NCBI GenBank assembly: GCA_965248435.1
Contig: OZ252100.1
Coordinates: 2,912,001-2,976,000 of the forward strand
DNA from: Candidatus Latescibacterota bacterium
GTDB lineage: Bacteria > Latescibacterota > UBA2968 > GCA-2709665
DNA: 64,000 nt
Reading direction: 5' to 3'
Each line of letters opens with the position of its first letter. Position 1 is the stretch's first letter. The notes beneath the pieces were generated by a model, which saw only the letters and a program-made list of their open reading frames with translations, was not told where the DNA came from and did not search any database. Positions 9,500 to 19,066 of the stretch are shown here, piece by piece. Position numbers and translations under genes: made by a program.

Positions 9500-9961
9500 C
9501 TCACGGGCGGTTTTACCAGGAGTTTTTTTGGACGCAGCCACGAACCAGTATCAGGGCGACATCCTCATTGTTGACGATACCGTTGCCAACCTCAGGGTCC
9601 TTTCGGAAATGCTCGAGTCCGAGGGATACGAGGTGCGCGCTGTTCCACAGGGAAAAATGGCGCTCACGGTCGCTCAGGCGGCGGCTCCTGACCTCGTCCT
9701 TCTGGATATCAACATGCCGGACATGAACGGGTTCGACGTCTGTCGCGAACTGAAGAAGGATGAAAGGACGAAAGACATTCCCGTAATCTTTATCAGCGCT
9801 TCGGATGATCAGCAAAGCAAGGTTCAGGCCTTCGATGAGGGAGGGGTAGACTATATCACCAAGCCCTTTCAGATCGGTGAGGTGGCCGCACGCGTCAAGA
9901 CCCACCTCACGATCCAGCGGCTCAACAACGAAATGAGAAAGATGAGCAGCGAATTCGAAAA

Positions 9962-11016
9962 GCTGGATTCAATGACTAAGTGCAACACTTGGACTTGAAG
10001 ACTTCAGCTGGTGTTTTGAAGTTAAGACATTTTCTTGGTCGGTTGTTGATCCGGTTCTGAATTTTCTTTAACTCGTGTTTGCTGACCTTTGAGAAGTCTG
10101 TCTTCTTGGGGAGGTATCTGCGGACCAGACCGATAGCGTTTTCCACAGCGCCTCGCTCCCAGCTGTGGAACGGTTTGCAGAAATAGGATTTGGTGCCAAG
10201 CACCTCGTTGACCCGTTGATGTTGGCCGTTTTCGGATCCGTTGTCATATGTGATGCTCTTCCTCATGTGGGGAGGATGTCGCCCAAGGCGTCGATTAATC
10301 GCTTCGGCGACCTCCGAGGGTCCGTTCTTTGCCAGCTTAGCCAGGTGTAGGTATCTCGACGATCGCTCAAGACAAGCGCCAACGGCCTGTTTGCTCTCAC
10401 GAGAGATGATGGTGTCGGATTCCCAGTGGCCAGGTTGTTTCCGTTTTTCGATGTAACGGGGACGTCGATCGATCGAAATACGGCCTGGAATGTGGCTTTC
10501 CCGGTGTTTTCGGGTATGCCACCGCGGCTTTCGTTTTTTGTGAGCTCGGGATAAGCAAGCAACCAGATCCCGCTGCTTGTGCACCTTTGGATCGTAGATA
10601 TACTGGTAGATGGCTTCGTGGCTGATACCCGCGCTCGGACGCTCCTCGGGAAGCCTCCCAGCGATCAACTCGGGAGACCATCCTTGCTTGAGTTTGGTCT
10701 CGACATATCGCCGGATAACCGGATTCTTCAGCCGTTTCCGCTTGCCGGCCTCCCGCTTACGTTTCTCAGCCCTTCTGTGAGCCTGGAGGCCCGAGTAACT
10801 CTCAGCTATCGGGGACGGATTACGTTTCAACTCTCTTGAAATCGTGCTGGCGCTCCGGTCAAGGGCCTTGGCAATATCTCTAAGGCTTGCACCAGTGGCT
10901 CGACAAAGCGCAATCTGCTCGCGTTCGTCTATCGTAAGATGCTTGTAATTGTTTCCCATACACTTAGGATAGGACAGTTGCTACCCTAAGTGTTGCACTT
11001 CCTTATTGAACTCGGG
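9962..11016 (-). mobile_element. IS30-family insertion sequence
   Basis: Imperfect terminal IRs GCTGGATTCAATGACTAAGTGCAACACTT / AAGTGTTGCACTTCCTTATTGAACTCGGG; AAA on both flanks (3-bp TSD). Confidence 0.92.
9976..10959 (-). CDS. IS30-family DDE transposase
   Basis: HTH (LDRSASTISRELKRN), WSPELI, SHEAIY, GHWESD, TYDNGSE, WERGAVEN, NNRPRKCL. Confidence 0.95.
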   Translation of the reverse strand: MGNNYKHLTIDEREQIALCRATGASLRDIAKALDRSASTISRELKRNPSPIAESYSGLQAHRRAEKRKREAGKRKRLKNPVIRRYVETKLKQGWSPELIAGRLPEERPSAGISHEAIYQYIYDPKVHKQRDLVACLSRAHKKRKPRWHTRKHRESHIPGRISIDRRPRYIEKRKQPGHWESDTIISRESKQAVGACLERSSRYLHLAKLAKNGPSEVAEAINRRLGRHPPHMRKSITYDNGSENGQHQRVNEVLGTKSYFCKPFHSWERGAVENAIGLVRRYLPKKTDFSKVSKHELKKIQNRINNRPRKCLNFKTPAEVFKSKCCT

Positions 11017-11144
11017 AAAGCGAGTGAAGGAGCGAGTGGCAGATCTTCTCGCTCAGCGCAGAAAAGGGCCTACCTCGTGAGTCTCTCGCTGTCCTACGAT
11101 CATCGTGAAGGAATTCAGGCTGGAAGTCACACAGGAGAGTTGAC

Positions 11145-12143
11145 TTGCGAACGACATTGGCCCTAACCCTTATGCTGACCGCTTTAGTCTTCGGTTCGGC
11201 GTCCGCCCAGGAGACGATTATCCGCGGATTCACGGACGTGGGCTTCAAGGCCTCTGACAGGTCCGGGGACCACGCCTCCTTTGCTTTCGGCGAATACGAC
11301 CTGTTCATAACCTCGGAAATCACGGACCGAATCAGGATGCTCGGTGAGACGACATTCGAAAATGAGGGTGGAGAGTTCGATCTACAGGTGGAACGCGTGG
11401 CGGTCAAGTACACCTGGAACGTGAACCTGAATGTGGAGATCGGGAAATTTCACACGCCCGTCGGGTACTGGAACGAGGCGTATCACCACGGGCGGGTCTT
11501 TTGGCCGACGACCGGACGCCCCTTGATATTCGGAGGCGTTCTGCCCATCCACACGACCGGAATTCTCTTGTGGGGAGATCACCTGGGCAAACTCGACTTC
11601 AGCTATGATATCCTGATTGGGAACGGTATCGGCGGAACGGACATAAAGGACAACGACGACGTCAAGTCGGTAACGCTGGCCATTAAGGCGAACCCGACGG
11701 AGGAATTCGGTTTGGGTCTCTCCGCATACGTTGACAAAATATCCGAAGGTGTGACGAACAAACAGGGTACCAAGCTGGTTGAAGACCTGGATCAAATTCT
11801 GATCGCCGGAATGGCAGTATATACTGATGATCCTTTCCAGTTCATGGGAGAATTCGTCCGGGCGATGAACAAAACTTCCTCGTCGGGTACCGCAACAACG
11901 AACAGCTTCTACGGTTATGCGGGCTACAGAACCGGCAAGACGGTTCCCTATGCACGGTTCGACCGACTTGATTTCGACGACGACGAACCCTATTTCAAAC
12001 CTGAAGACACCACGAGTTTTACCTTCGGCATTCGCTATGAGTTCAGCTATCTGGCCGTGATGAAGCTCGAGTTCCAGACCCTCGACCGAACGTCCGTGAA
12101 GAGGGTCAACTCCTTTGCCCTGCAGATGGCCATCGGATTCTGA
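11145..12143 (+). CDS. Outer-membrane porin-like beta-barrel
   Basis: Signal peptide (ASA-Q), GKFHTPVGYWN motif, alternating beta strands, C-terminal F. Confidence 0.75.
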   Translation: MRTTLALTLMLTALVFGSASAQETIIRGFTDVGFKASDRSGDHASFAFGEYDLFITSEITDRIRMLGETTFENEGGEFDLQVERVAVKYTWNVNLNVEIGKFHTPVGYWNEAYHHGRVFWPTTGRPLIFGGVLPIHTTGILLWGDHLGKLDFSYDILIGNGIGGTDIKDNDDVKSVTLAIKANPTEEFGLGLSAYVDKISEGVTNKQGTKLVEDLDQILIAGMAVYTDDPFQFMGEFVRAMNKTSSSGTATTNSFYGYAGYRTGKTVPYARFDRLDFDDDEPYFKPEDTTSFTFGIRYEFSYLAVMKLEFQTLDRTSVKRVNSFALQMAIGF

Positions 12144-12153
12144 GGCACCTTTG

Positions 12154-12600
12154 ATGCTCCTACGATCCCTTGTTGCGATCCACTTTCTCATCCCCTTTGC
12201 AGTCAACGCTGCCTCCCTGTCCGAGGGTCGACTCGCGGTCGTCGCGAACGAGAGCGGGGCACCGGAGGCCTTGACCGTTCGCGAGTTGAAGGCCGTCTTC
12301 AAAGGAGAGAAACAGCGGTGGTCCGACCGGACAAAGATTACGCTGGCGCTGACGAAACCATCTATACCGTCCGGTGAACAGATCATCCAGAAACTCTATG
12401 GAATGGACCGGGATGCCTGGAATAAGTACTGGCTTATCCAGGTGTTCCGTGGAAGGACGAACCCGCCCAAATACTTCGAGACCGAAGAACTGCTCCAGTC
12501 ATTCGTCTCCCGAACTCCGGGGTCCATCGGCATCGTCAGATCGCAAGTGGCAGGGGGTGCAATGCGCCGAGTCCTCGTCGAGGGTCAACAGACCTGGTAG
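12154..12600 (+). CDS. Small periplasmic binding-protein-like (PBP2/PstS-like) protein
   Basis: Signal peptide; LAVVAN...LTVRELKAVFKGEKQRW...FVSRTPGSIGIV. Confidence 0.7.
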   Translation: MLLRSLVAIHFLIPFAVNAASLSEGRLAVVANESGAPEALTVRELKAVFKGEKQRWSDRTKITLALTKPSIPSGEQIIQKLYGMDRDAWNKYWLIQVFRGRTNPPKYFETEELLQSFVSRTPGSIGIVRSQVAGGAMRRVLVEGQQTW

Positions 12601-12606
12601 CGGGAG

Positions 12607-14799
12607 GTGACCCCCATCCGATCCGATCTGATAATGTGGTCCTTCAAGAATCTGCCTATCCGCACCAAGATAGCCTCGTTGTTTACGGCCGTTCTGTTCC
12701 TCATCTCGTGTTTTATCTTTTTCTATTTCCCGGCGACACAGAAAGAGCAGGTCACTCGCGCACTTCGTGAGCAGGCCGAACACACGGCTCAGATGCTGGG
12801 AATCGGGGTTTCCATGGCCCTTGAAGAGAGTCAGTACGACTTCGTGAGCCGCACCCTCAACTTGACCCGAGCCGACTCGGCCATCGTATACATCGAAGTG
12901 CGGGACGAGGCGGACACTCCGCTCGTCTCAATCAATCCGAGTTCCGTGGAGATTCCGGTTCACGGCGGAGTCGACAGTCTCGCCACCCTGGAGTCGGACG
13001 GGATGCTCCATACCACCGTTCCGCTTCGGAGCGGAGACATGGTCCACGGCAGGTTGACGATGGGTTACTCCCTGGCGGATCGCGATCGGGAACTGAATCG
13101 GATCCGAATCGCGTGCTTTCTAGTCAGCGCCGGCATCTTCCTGGTCGGCATTCTGCTGTCCGTATACATCGCCCGGTTGATCACGCGCCCGCTGCGCAGC
13201 GTTGTGGACACTGCCGGTGAGATCGGACGGTCGGGTCGCTACGACTCATTTATCGAGAAGACCTCTACCGATGAGGTGGGAACGCTTATCGGCGCATTCA
13301 ACGACATGATCGCGAAGATTCAATCACGCACGGAGGAACTCGAGGATTCGAAAGTCCAGCTCGAAAGGTCGAACACCGACTTGAGTGTCGCCAACGAACG
13401 CGCAGAGCGGGCAAACCAGGCAAAGAGCGCGTTCCTTGCCAGCATGTCTCACGAGCTCCGGACCCCGCTGAACGCGATCCTGGGATTCTCCCAGCTGATG
13501 AGTCGGGACTCGGACATCACCGAGAGCCGGCGCGAGGACATCGAGGTGATCACCCGAAGTGGAGAGCATCTCCTTGGCCTGATCAACGATATTCTGGAAA
13601 TGTCGAAAATCGAGGCAGGACAGACAGCCCTGAACGAAACGAGTTTCAACCTGCACAGACTGCTTGAAGATATCGAGACCATGTTCCGCCTGAGGGCGGA
13701 GAACAAGGGACTGCAGCTTCTCTTCGAGATCGAGGACACGCTCCCCCGCCACATCAGGACGGACGAAGCGAAACTCCGCCAGGTGCTCATCAACCTGATC
13801 GGCAATGCATTGAAGTTTACCGTTGAGGGAGGCGTGATCGTGCGGGCAGGAGAGAGTCCCGATCCGGAATCCGATCGGATCAGATTCGAGATCGAGGATA
13901 CGGGCCCCGGTGTCCCGCCGGAGGAGCTGCATGCGCTATTTCAGGCGTTCGGGCAGACGGAGACGGGGAAGAAGTCCACAGAGGGAACCGGTCTGGGGCT
14001 CCCGATCAGTCAGAAGTTTGTTAGCTTGATGGGAGGGGAAATCACAGTCAAAAGCGAGGTGAACCGGGGGACGGTGTTTGCGTTTAGTGTTCAGTTCGCC
14101 CAGGCCCTGGCCGAAGAGGTCGTCCAGGAGACGAAGCCCGCAAAAGTCATCGGCATCGAGCCCGGTCAGCCCGTACATCGCATTCTGATCGTGGAAGACC
14201 GGCCCGACAACCGTAGGCTGCTCGTCAAGATGCTCAGTCCCATGGGGTTTGACGTGAAAGAAGCGGCGAACGGGAAAGAAGGTGTGGAGCTGTGGGAATC
14301 GTGGGACCCGCACTTGATCTGGATGGACATGCGCATGCCGGTCATGGACGGATTCGAGGCCACGCGGAGGATCAAGGAGGGTGGGAAGGGCAGGGAAACC
14401 ATCGTCGTGGCGCTGACTGCAAGTGCGTTCGAGGAGGATCGTTCAGCCATAATGGCAACCGGATGCGACGTTTTCCTTCGAAAGCCGGTCCGAGAACGTG
14501 AGATCTTCGATACCCTCACTGACAAGCTTGGCGTCAAGTTCCTCTACGATGGGGAGGATGGTGAAATCAGTGTCGAGGGTAAGTCGTTCGACCTGTCGCC
14601 TGAGTCGTTCGCCGAACTCCCCGATCGGTGGGTCAGGGACCTCCACGAAGCTTCGACGATGGCCGACTCGGGGCAGGTAAAGCGTCTCCTGGAGCAGATT
14701 GAATCGGGCCATTCGAACCTTTCAGAAGCGGTGACCCGGTTGGTCAATGATTTTCAGTTCGCCAGAATCATGGAACTCACCCGGGTGGAATCAGACTGA
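12607..14799 (+). CDS. Hybrid sensor histidine kinase (2TM sensor-HAMP-HisKA-HATPase-REC)
   Basis: MSHELRTPLNAI, NLIGNALKFT, DTGPG, GTGLGL, WMDMRMPVMDG. Confidence 0.95.
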   Translation: MTPIRSDLIMWSFKNLPIRTKIASLFTAVLFLISCFIFFYFPATQKEQVTRALREQAEHTAQMLGIGVSMALEESQYDFVSRTLNLTRADSAIVYIEVRDEADTPLVSINPSSVEIPVHGGVDSLATLESDGMLHTTVPLRSGDMVHGRLTMGYSLADRDRELNRIRIACFLVSAGIFLVGILLSVYIARLITRPLRSVVDTAGEIGRSGRYDSFIEKTSTDEVGTLIGAFNDMIAKIQSRTEELEDSKVQLERSNTDLSVANERAERANQAKSAFLASMSHELRTPLNAILGFSQLMSRDSDITESRREDIEVITRSGEHLLGLINDILEMSKIEAGQTALNETSFNLHRLLEDIETMFRLRAENKGLQLLFEIEDTLPRHIRTDEAKLRQVLINLIGNALKFTVEGGVIVRAGESPDPESDRIRFEIEDTGPGVPPEELHALFQAFGQTETGKKSTEGTGLGLPISQKFVSLMGGEITVKSEVNRGTVFAFSVQFAQALAEEVVQETKPAKVIGIEPGQPVHRILIVEDRPDNRRLLVKMLSPMGFDVKEAANGKEGVELWESWDPHLIWMDMRMPVMDGFEATRRIKEGGKGRETIVVALTASAFEEDRSAIMATGCDVFLRKPVREREIFDTLTDKLGVKFLYDGEDGEISVEGKSFDLSPESFAELPDRWVRDLHEASTMADSGQVKRLLEQIESGHSNLSEAVTRLVNDFQFARIMELTRVESD

Positions 14800-14862
14800 C
14801 TGGGTCTTTTATGTGTCGGGTGAGGCCGCCCTCATTAGGTCCGAAACTCAAGAGAGAATGTG

Positions 14863-15399
14863 ATGTCCGATCCCAAACAGCTTCCTCATTTGCTGAAGCT
14901 CCTCGATGACGATTCTGAAACCGTCAGCGAAATGGTGACAGAAGCCCTGGCCGCATTCGGTCCCGGCCTGGAAGACGAGCTGTCGAGGCTGGAAGAGCCA
15001 CCTGGTGAAAACGAAATCAACCTCATTCGTGAACGATTGAAGCGGTACGAGGCTCGATCCGATAACGCGCCCGTGGGGCCGGTGTGCGCAGGGGCCCTGT
15101 TCGAGCCCGGTCAGCTGGTCAGACACAGGCGATACGGATACAGGGGCGTGGTGGTGGCATTCGATCCCGCCTGTCAGGCAGATGATGACTGGTACCTGGC
15201 CAACCGGTCCCAGCCGGATCGAGACCAGCCCTGGTACCACGTCCTGGTTCACAACTCCACGCAAGTGACTTACGCAGCGCAGAACAGCCTCCTGGAGGAC
15301 GACTCCGAGGAAGAGGTGACGCATCCATTCGTTGAACATTTCTTTTCCCGATTCCAGGATGGATTCTACATTAGAAACGACCGTCCCTGGCCGGAGTGA
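14863..15399 (+). CDS. hspQ: HspQ/YccV-family protein with helical N-terminal extension
   Basis: FEPGQLVRHRRYGYRGVVVAFDP, QPWYHVLV, TYAAQNSL. Confidence 0.8.
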   Translation: MSDPKQLPHLLKLLDDDSETVSEMVTEALAAFGPGLEDELSRLEEPPGENEINLIRERLKRYEARSDNAPVGPVCAGALFEPGQLVRHRRYGYRGVVVAFDPACQADDDWYLANRSQPDRDQPWYHVLVHNSTQVTYAAQNSLLEDDSEEEVTHPFVEHFFSRFQDGFYIRNDRPWPE

Positions 15400-15466
15400 T
15401 CAGACAAAGGACTCGCCATTTGTTCCCTGTCAGACATCTCCCATAAACTCGAGAGGACACTCGACC

Positions 15467-18370
15467 ATGTATGTCTCCCGATCCACGCTAATCCTCTCTA
15501 TTACGTCCGTCCTGTTCCTTACATCCTCGGTATCCGCAGGTCACAAGCTGGTTCATCCGCCGGACCCGGCTGACCCGATGGCGGTCCACATCTACGAACT
15601 TGATAACGGGCTTACCGTCTACCTGACAGAAAACCACGAAACGCCCCGATTCTATGCAGAGATCGCCGTGCGCGCCGGGAGCAAGCACGACCCGGCCGAG
15701 TCCACCGGGCTCGCACACTACCTGGAGCATATGCTGTTCAAGGGGTCTCAGAAGATCGGCACGCTGAGCTACGAGAAGGAAAAACCACACCTCCACAGGA
15801 TCCTGGAACTCTATGAAGAACACTTCAACGAGGAAGATCCCGAAAAAAGGAGGGCCATCTACGAACAGATCAATAGGGAATCCCAGTTGACCGCACCCTA
15901 TGTCATCCCAAACGAATTCCATGCTCTCTACAAATCGATGGGTGCTAGCGGACTCAACGCCCATACCTGGCACGAAGAGACCGTCTACAGAGTGAATCTC
16001 CCGTCCAATCGCATGCGTCAGTGGGCCGTTATAGAGTCCGAGCGCTTTAGCAATCCTGTCTTCAGACTCTTCCAGCTCGAACTCGAAATCGTCTACGAAG
16101 AAAAGAACCGCACCCTCGACAACAAAGACCGAGTCATCAGGTATGCCGTGAACAAACAACTCTACAAGAAACATCCCTACGGGCAGCAAACGACGATCGG
16201 CAACGTCGACCACCTGAAGAATCCCTCGTTGAAGAACGTCTATCAGTACTACAACACTTATTACGTTCCGAACAACCTGGCCATCTTCATCTCTGGAGAC
16301 ATCGACGTTCAGGAAACCATCCAACTGATCGATGAACACTTTTCGATCTGGAAGGCCAAGCCGCTTCCAAAGCTAAAAAGGTGGCGTGAGAAACCGCTTG
16401 AGAAACCGGAACGAGTCACGGTCAATTACCAGGGGGAGGAATTCGTTCTTCTGGCCTTCCGAACCGCCCCGACGGGTCACCGGAATGCCGATGCACTCGA
16501 GCTTCTGGACATGATTCTGGACAACAGGACGGCTGGGCTGATCAACCTGAATCTCAATCAACGGCAGAGGGTCCGCAACGCGGGATCTTACCCCCACCTA
16601 CTCAACGACCACGGTGCACAGTACCTCTACGCGGTCCCGAAAAGGGACCAGACCCTAGAAGAGGTGGAGTCGCTGCTGTTGGAGCAGTTGGATAACATCA
16701 AACAGGGAACGTTTGAGGATTGGATTCTGCCGGCTATCGTAACGGATTTCAAGAAGACCCGAAAATCTCGGCTCGAATCGAACAGCGGGCGTGTTCGATT
16801 GATGCGGACAGCGTTCATTGAGTTTGAAGATTGGAGCCACGCGGTCAACACAATCCCACGGATGGAAGCGCTGACGAAGAAGAATATCATCAGGGTTGCG
16901 AAGGCCTACTTCCACAAAGGCTATGTGGCTGGACGCAGAATCGATGAAGCGCCGGAAATACCCAAAATCGAGAAGCCAAAGATAGACAAGATCGAGATCG
17001 ACGGGACGCGTCAGTCTGCGTTTGCGAAGTCGGTCCAGGCCTTGCCTTACGAAGAGATCGAGCCCGTGTTTGTCGATCCGGAAAAGGATTTCACGATCTT
17101 CGACTATCACGAAGGTGTAAAGCTTTATCACAGCAAGAACCCGATCAACGACCTCTTCTCTCTGGACATCTCCATAGATTTCGGGACGCATCAGGACAAC
17201 AAGATCGGCATGGCCACACAGCTTATGGACAAGGCGGGGTCGAGAACTTTTGGGGCCGAGGCCCTGAAGAAGGAGTGGTATAAGATCGGCACCGACTTCA
17301 GTATCTCTGCCGGGGACAACGATACCCACATAAGCATATCAGGGATCGACGAAAATTTTGAATCGTCCGTCGCGATGTTGATGGATTTCGTCAAAACGCC
17401 CAAGGCCGATCGTAAAACCCTGGAAGAGCTGATCAAGATCACACTCGCAAAGCGCGAGGATGCCAAGAAAGATCATCGCAGCATCAGATCCGCGCTGGAG
17501 CAGTTCAACCGCTATGGCAAGGATTCCTATTATCTTCGCCAGCTGTCCAACGAAGCCCTGCAAGCGCTGACCGTAGACGAACTCTTGCGGATAGTAAAGA
17601 ATCTCCTGAGTTACAAGCACACGATTACCTACACAGGTTCCGCCTCTCTCGACGAAGTGGTCTCGGTCCTGAAAAAACATCACGTCATCCCCGAACCGCT
17701 TCAAGATCCCCCGCCCTATCGCTTCCTCAAGACAAGGACAGTGGAGGGGGATGAGATCCTCTTCGTCCACAAAGACATGGCTCAGGCCCACCTGCGGATC
17801 GAGGTTGGAGACGAAGAATACAACGAAACAAATCGACCGGCCGTCGAACTCTACAACGTCTACTTCGGGCGCAGAGGCATTGCCTTCGAGCAACTGAGAG
17901 AGGCACGTGCGCTGGCCTACTCTGCGGGTGCCCTCTACCTAACGGGTGAGCGAAAGGGTGATCAAAACATCATGGTCGGGGCCATTGGGTGCCAACCCGA
18001 CAAGGTTGTCGAGGCCCTAGAGGCGTTCAAAGATCTGATGGACAATCTTCCCGTCGAACCCGAGCGATTCGAACAGGCCAGGCAGTCGGTAATCAATCGC
18101 TACAGAACCTCCAAACTGGGCTTTCGAGAGGTCCTGGGGGCCGTTCGGTCGTGGGAGAAGCTTGGCGTGCCGGTCGACCCGAGAAAAAATCGATTCGAGC
18201 GAGTTCAAGTTGCAGAAATCGACCTGATGCTGGCATTCCACAAAGTGCACTTGAAATCTCAACCAAAACTCATCTCCGTCGTCGGAGACCGAGAAAGGAT
18301 AAACACAGGGGCGCTCCAGAAGCTGGGCAAATGGGTCGAGGTCGATCTGGAGGACATCTTCGCCTACTGA
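15467..18370 (+). CDS. Exported M16 (insulinase-family) zinc peptidase
   Basis: Signal peptide, inverted zinc motif HYLEH in GLAHYLEHMLFKGS, NAHT, LREARALAYS. Confidence 0.92.
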   Translation: MYVSRSTLILSITSVLFLTSSVSAGHKLVHPPDPADPMAVHIYELDNGLTVYLTENHETPRFYAEIAVRAGSKHDPAESTGLAHYLEHMLFKGSQKIGTLSYEKEKPHLHRILELYEEHFNEEDPEKRRAIYEQINRESQLTAPYVIPNEFHALYKSMGASGLNAHTWHEETVYRVNLPSNRMRQWAVIESERFSNPVFRLFQLELEIVYEEKNRTLDNKDRVIRYAVNKQLYKKHPYGQQTTIGNVDHLKNPSLKNVYQYYNTYYVPNNLAIFISGDIDVQETIQLIDEHFSIWKAKPLPKLKRWREKPLEKPERVTVNYQGEEFVLLAFRTAPTGHRNADALELLDMILDNRTAGLINLNLNQRQRVRNAGSYPHLLNDHGAQYLYAVPKRDQTLEEVESLLLEQLDNIKQGTFEDWILPAIVTDFKKTRKSRLESNSGRVRLMRTAFIEFEDWSHAVNTIPRMEALTKKNIIRVAKAYFHKGYVAGRRIDEAPEIPKIEKPKIDKIEIDGTRQSAFAKSVQALPYEEIEPVFVDPEKDFTIFDYHEGVKLYHSKNPINDLFSLDISIDFGTHQDNKIGMATQLMDKAGSRTFGAEALKKEWYKIGTDFSISAGDNDTHISISGIDENFESSVAMLMDFVKTPKADRKTLEELIKITLAKREDAKKDHRSIRSALEQFNRYGKDSYYLRQLSNEALQALTVDELLRIVKNLLSYKHTITYTGSASLDEVVSVLKKHHVIPEPLQDPPPYRFLKTRTVEGDEILFVHKDMAQAHLRIEVGDEEYNETNRPAVELYNVYFGRRGIAFEQLREARALAYSAGALYLTGERKGDQNIMVGAIGCQPDKVVEALEAFKDLMDNLPVEPERFEQARQSVINRYRTSKLGFREVLGAVRSWEKLGVPVDPRKNRFERVQVAEIDLMLAFHKVHLKSQPKLISVVGDRERINTGALQKLGKWVEVDLEDIFAY

Positions 18371-18588
18371 AGATTTTAGCTGAGCGCCTTGTTCTTGTTC
18401 CGCAATCCGCAGTCGAATTGGGTTGTTCCCCTCTCCCAATATGGTTATCTTCTTCACTACGGCGTAGTTAACCTGCTTCTGACAGACAGAATTCCGGCGC
18501 TGGGGCGAGGCGTATGACGGTCTACGCCTGCCCCCTTTTCATTTCAGATCATATCCTGACGGCCATTCCAAAGAGGACCTATCAAGAG

Positions 18589-19032
18589 ATGGCTCGAAAG
18601 AAGGCCAAATTCATTGTCGGGTTCGCGATCATCGGGGTCTGCCTGCTCTATCTGGTCGTATCAGGATTCCAGGAAACGGCGATGTACTACCTCACTGTCA
18701 CCGAGCTGGAGGCGAAAGAGTCTCAGTTTCTCGGGAAGACGGTGAAGCTTGCAGGAAGGGTCGTTCCCGGATCCATCGAGACCGACAGCAAAACGCTCGC
18801 CGTATCCTTTCGCATCTGGGAGCCCCTTGAAGGTGAGGCCGATTCCTTTTCAGAGCCGATGGCCATTCGGTATAAAGGTATCGTGCCCGACACCTTCCGA
18901 GACGGATCGGATGTCGTACTCGAAGGCAAACCGCAATCCACCGGCGTCTTCAAGGCCGAGACCCTGCTCGCAAAGTGCCCCTCCAAGTACGAAGGCAAGA
19001 GTTACGAAGAGTTGAAACAGACCTATCGCTAG
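18589..19032 (+). CDS. ccmE: Heme chaperone CcmE, CxxxY type
   Basis: YYLTVTE, GRVVPGSI, YKGIVPDTFR, LLAKCPSKY. Confidence 0.9.
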   Translation: MARKKAKFIVGFAIIGVCLLYLVVSGFQETAMYYLTVTELEAKESQFLGKTVKLAGRVVPGSIETDSKTLAVSFRIWEPLEGEADSFSEPMAIRYKGIVPDTFRDGSDVVLEGKPQSTGVFKAETLLAKCPSKYEGKSYEELKQTYR

Positions 19033-19066
19033 ACGTCTCGTCAGCCAAGCTTCGTAAAGGACTTAG

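Larger units (their letters stand above)
9528..11080 (+). pseudogene. Response regulator (receiver + S-helix) interrupted by IS30
   Basis: ILIVDD, LLDINMPDMNG, FISA, YITKPF; removing the IS restores EFEKRVKERVADLLAQRRKGPTS* (stop 11078-11080); the current frame ends at 9998 inside the IS. Confidence 0.85.

Noticed and set aside
11382-12386. 334-aa minus-strand ORF (likewise 48074-49021, 56398-57318, 15488-16339)
   Set aside because: Fully antisense to well-supported genes and without recognisable domains
15332-15466. N-terminal extension of the M16 peptidase in the ORF track
   Set aside because: Overlaps hspQ; RBS and signal peptide support ATG 15467
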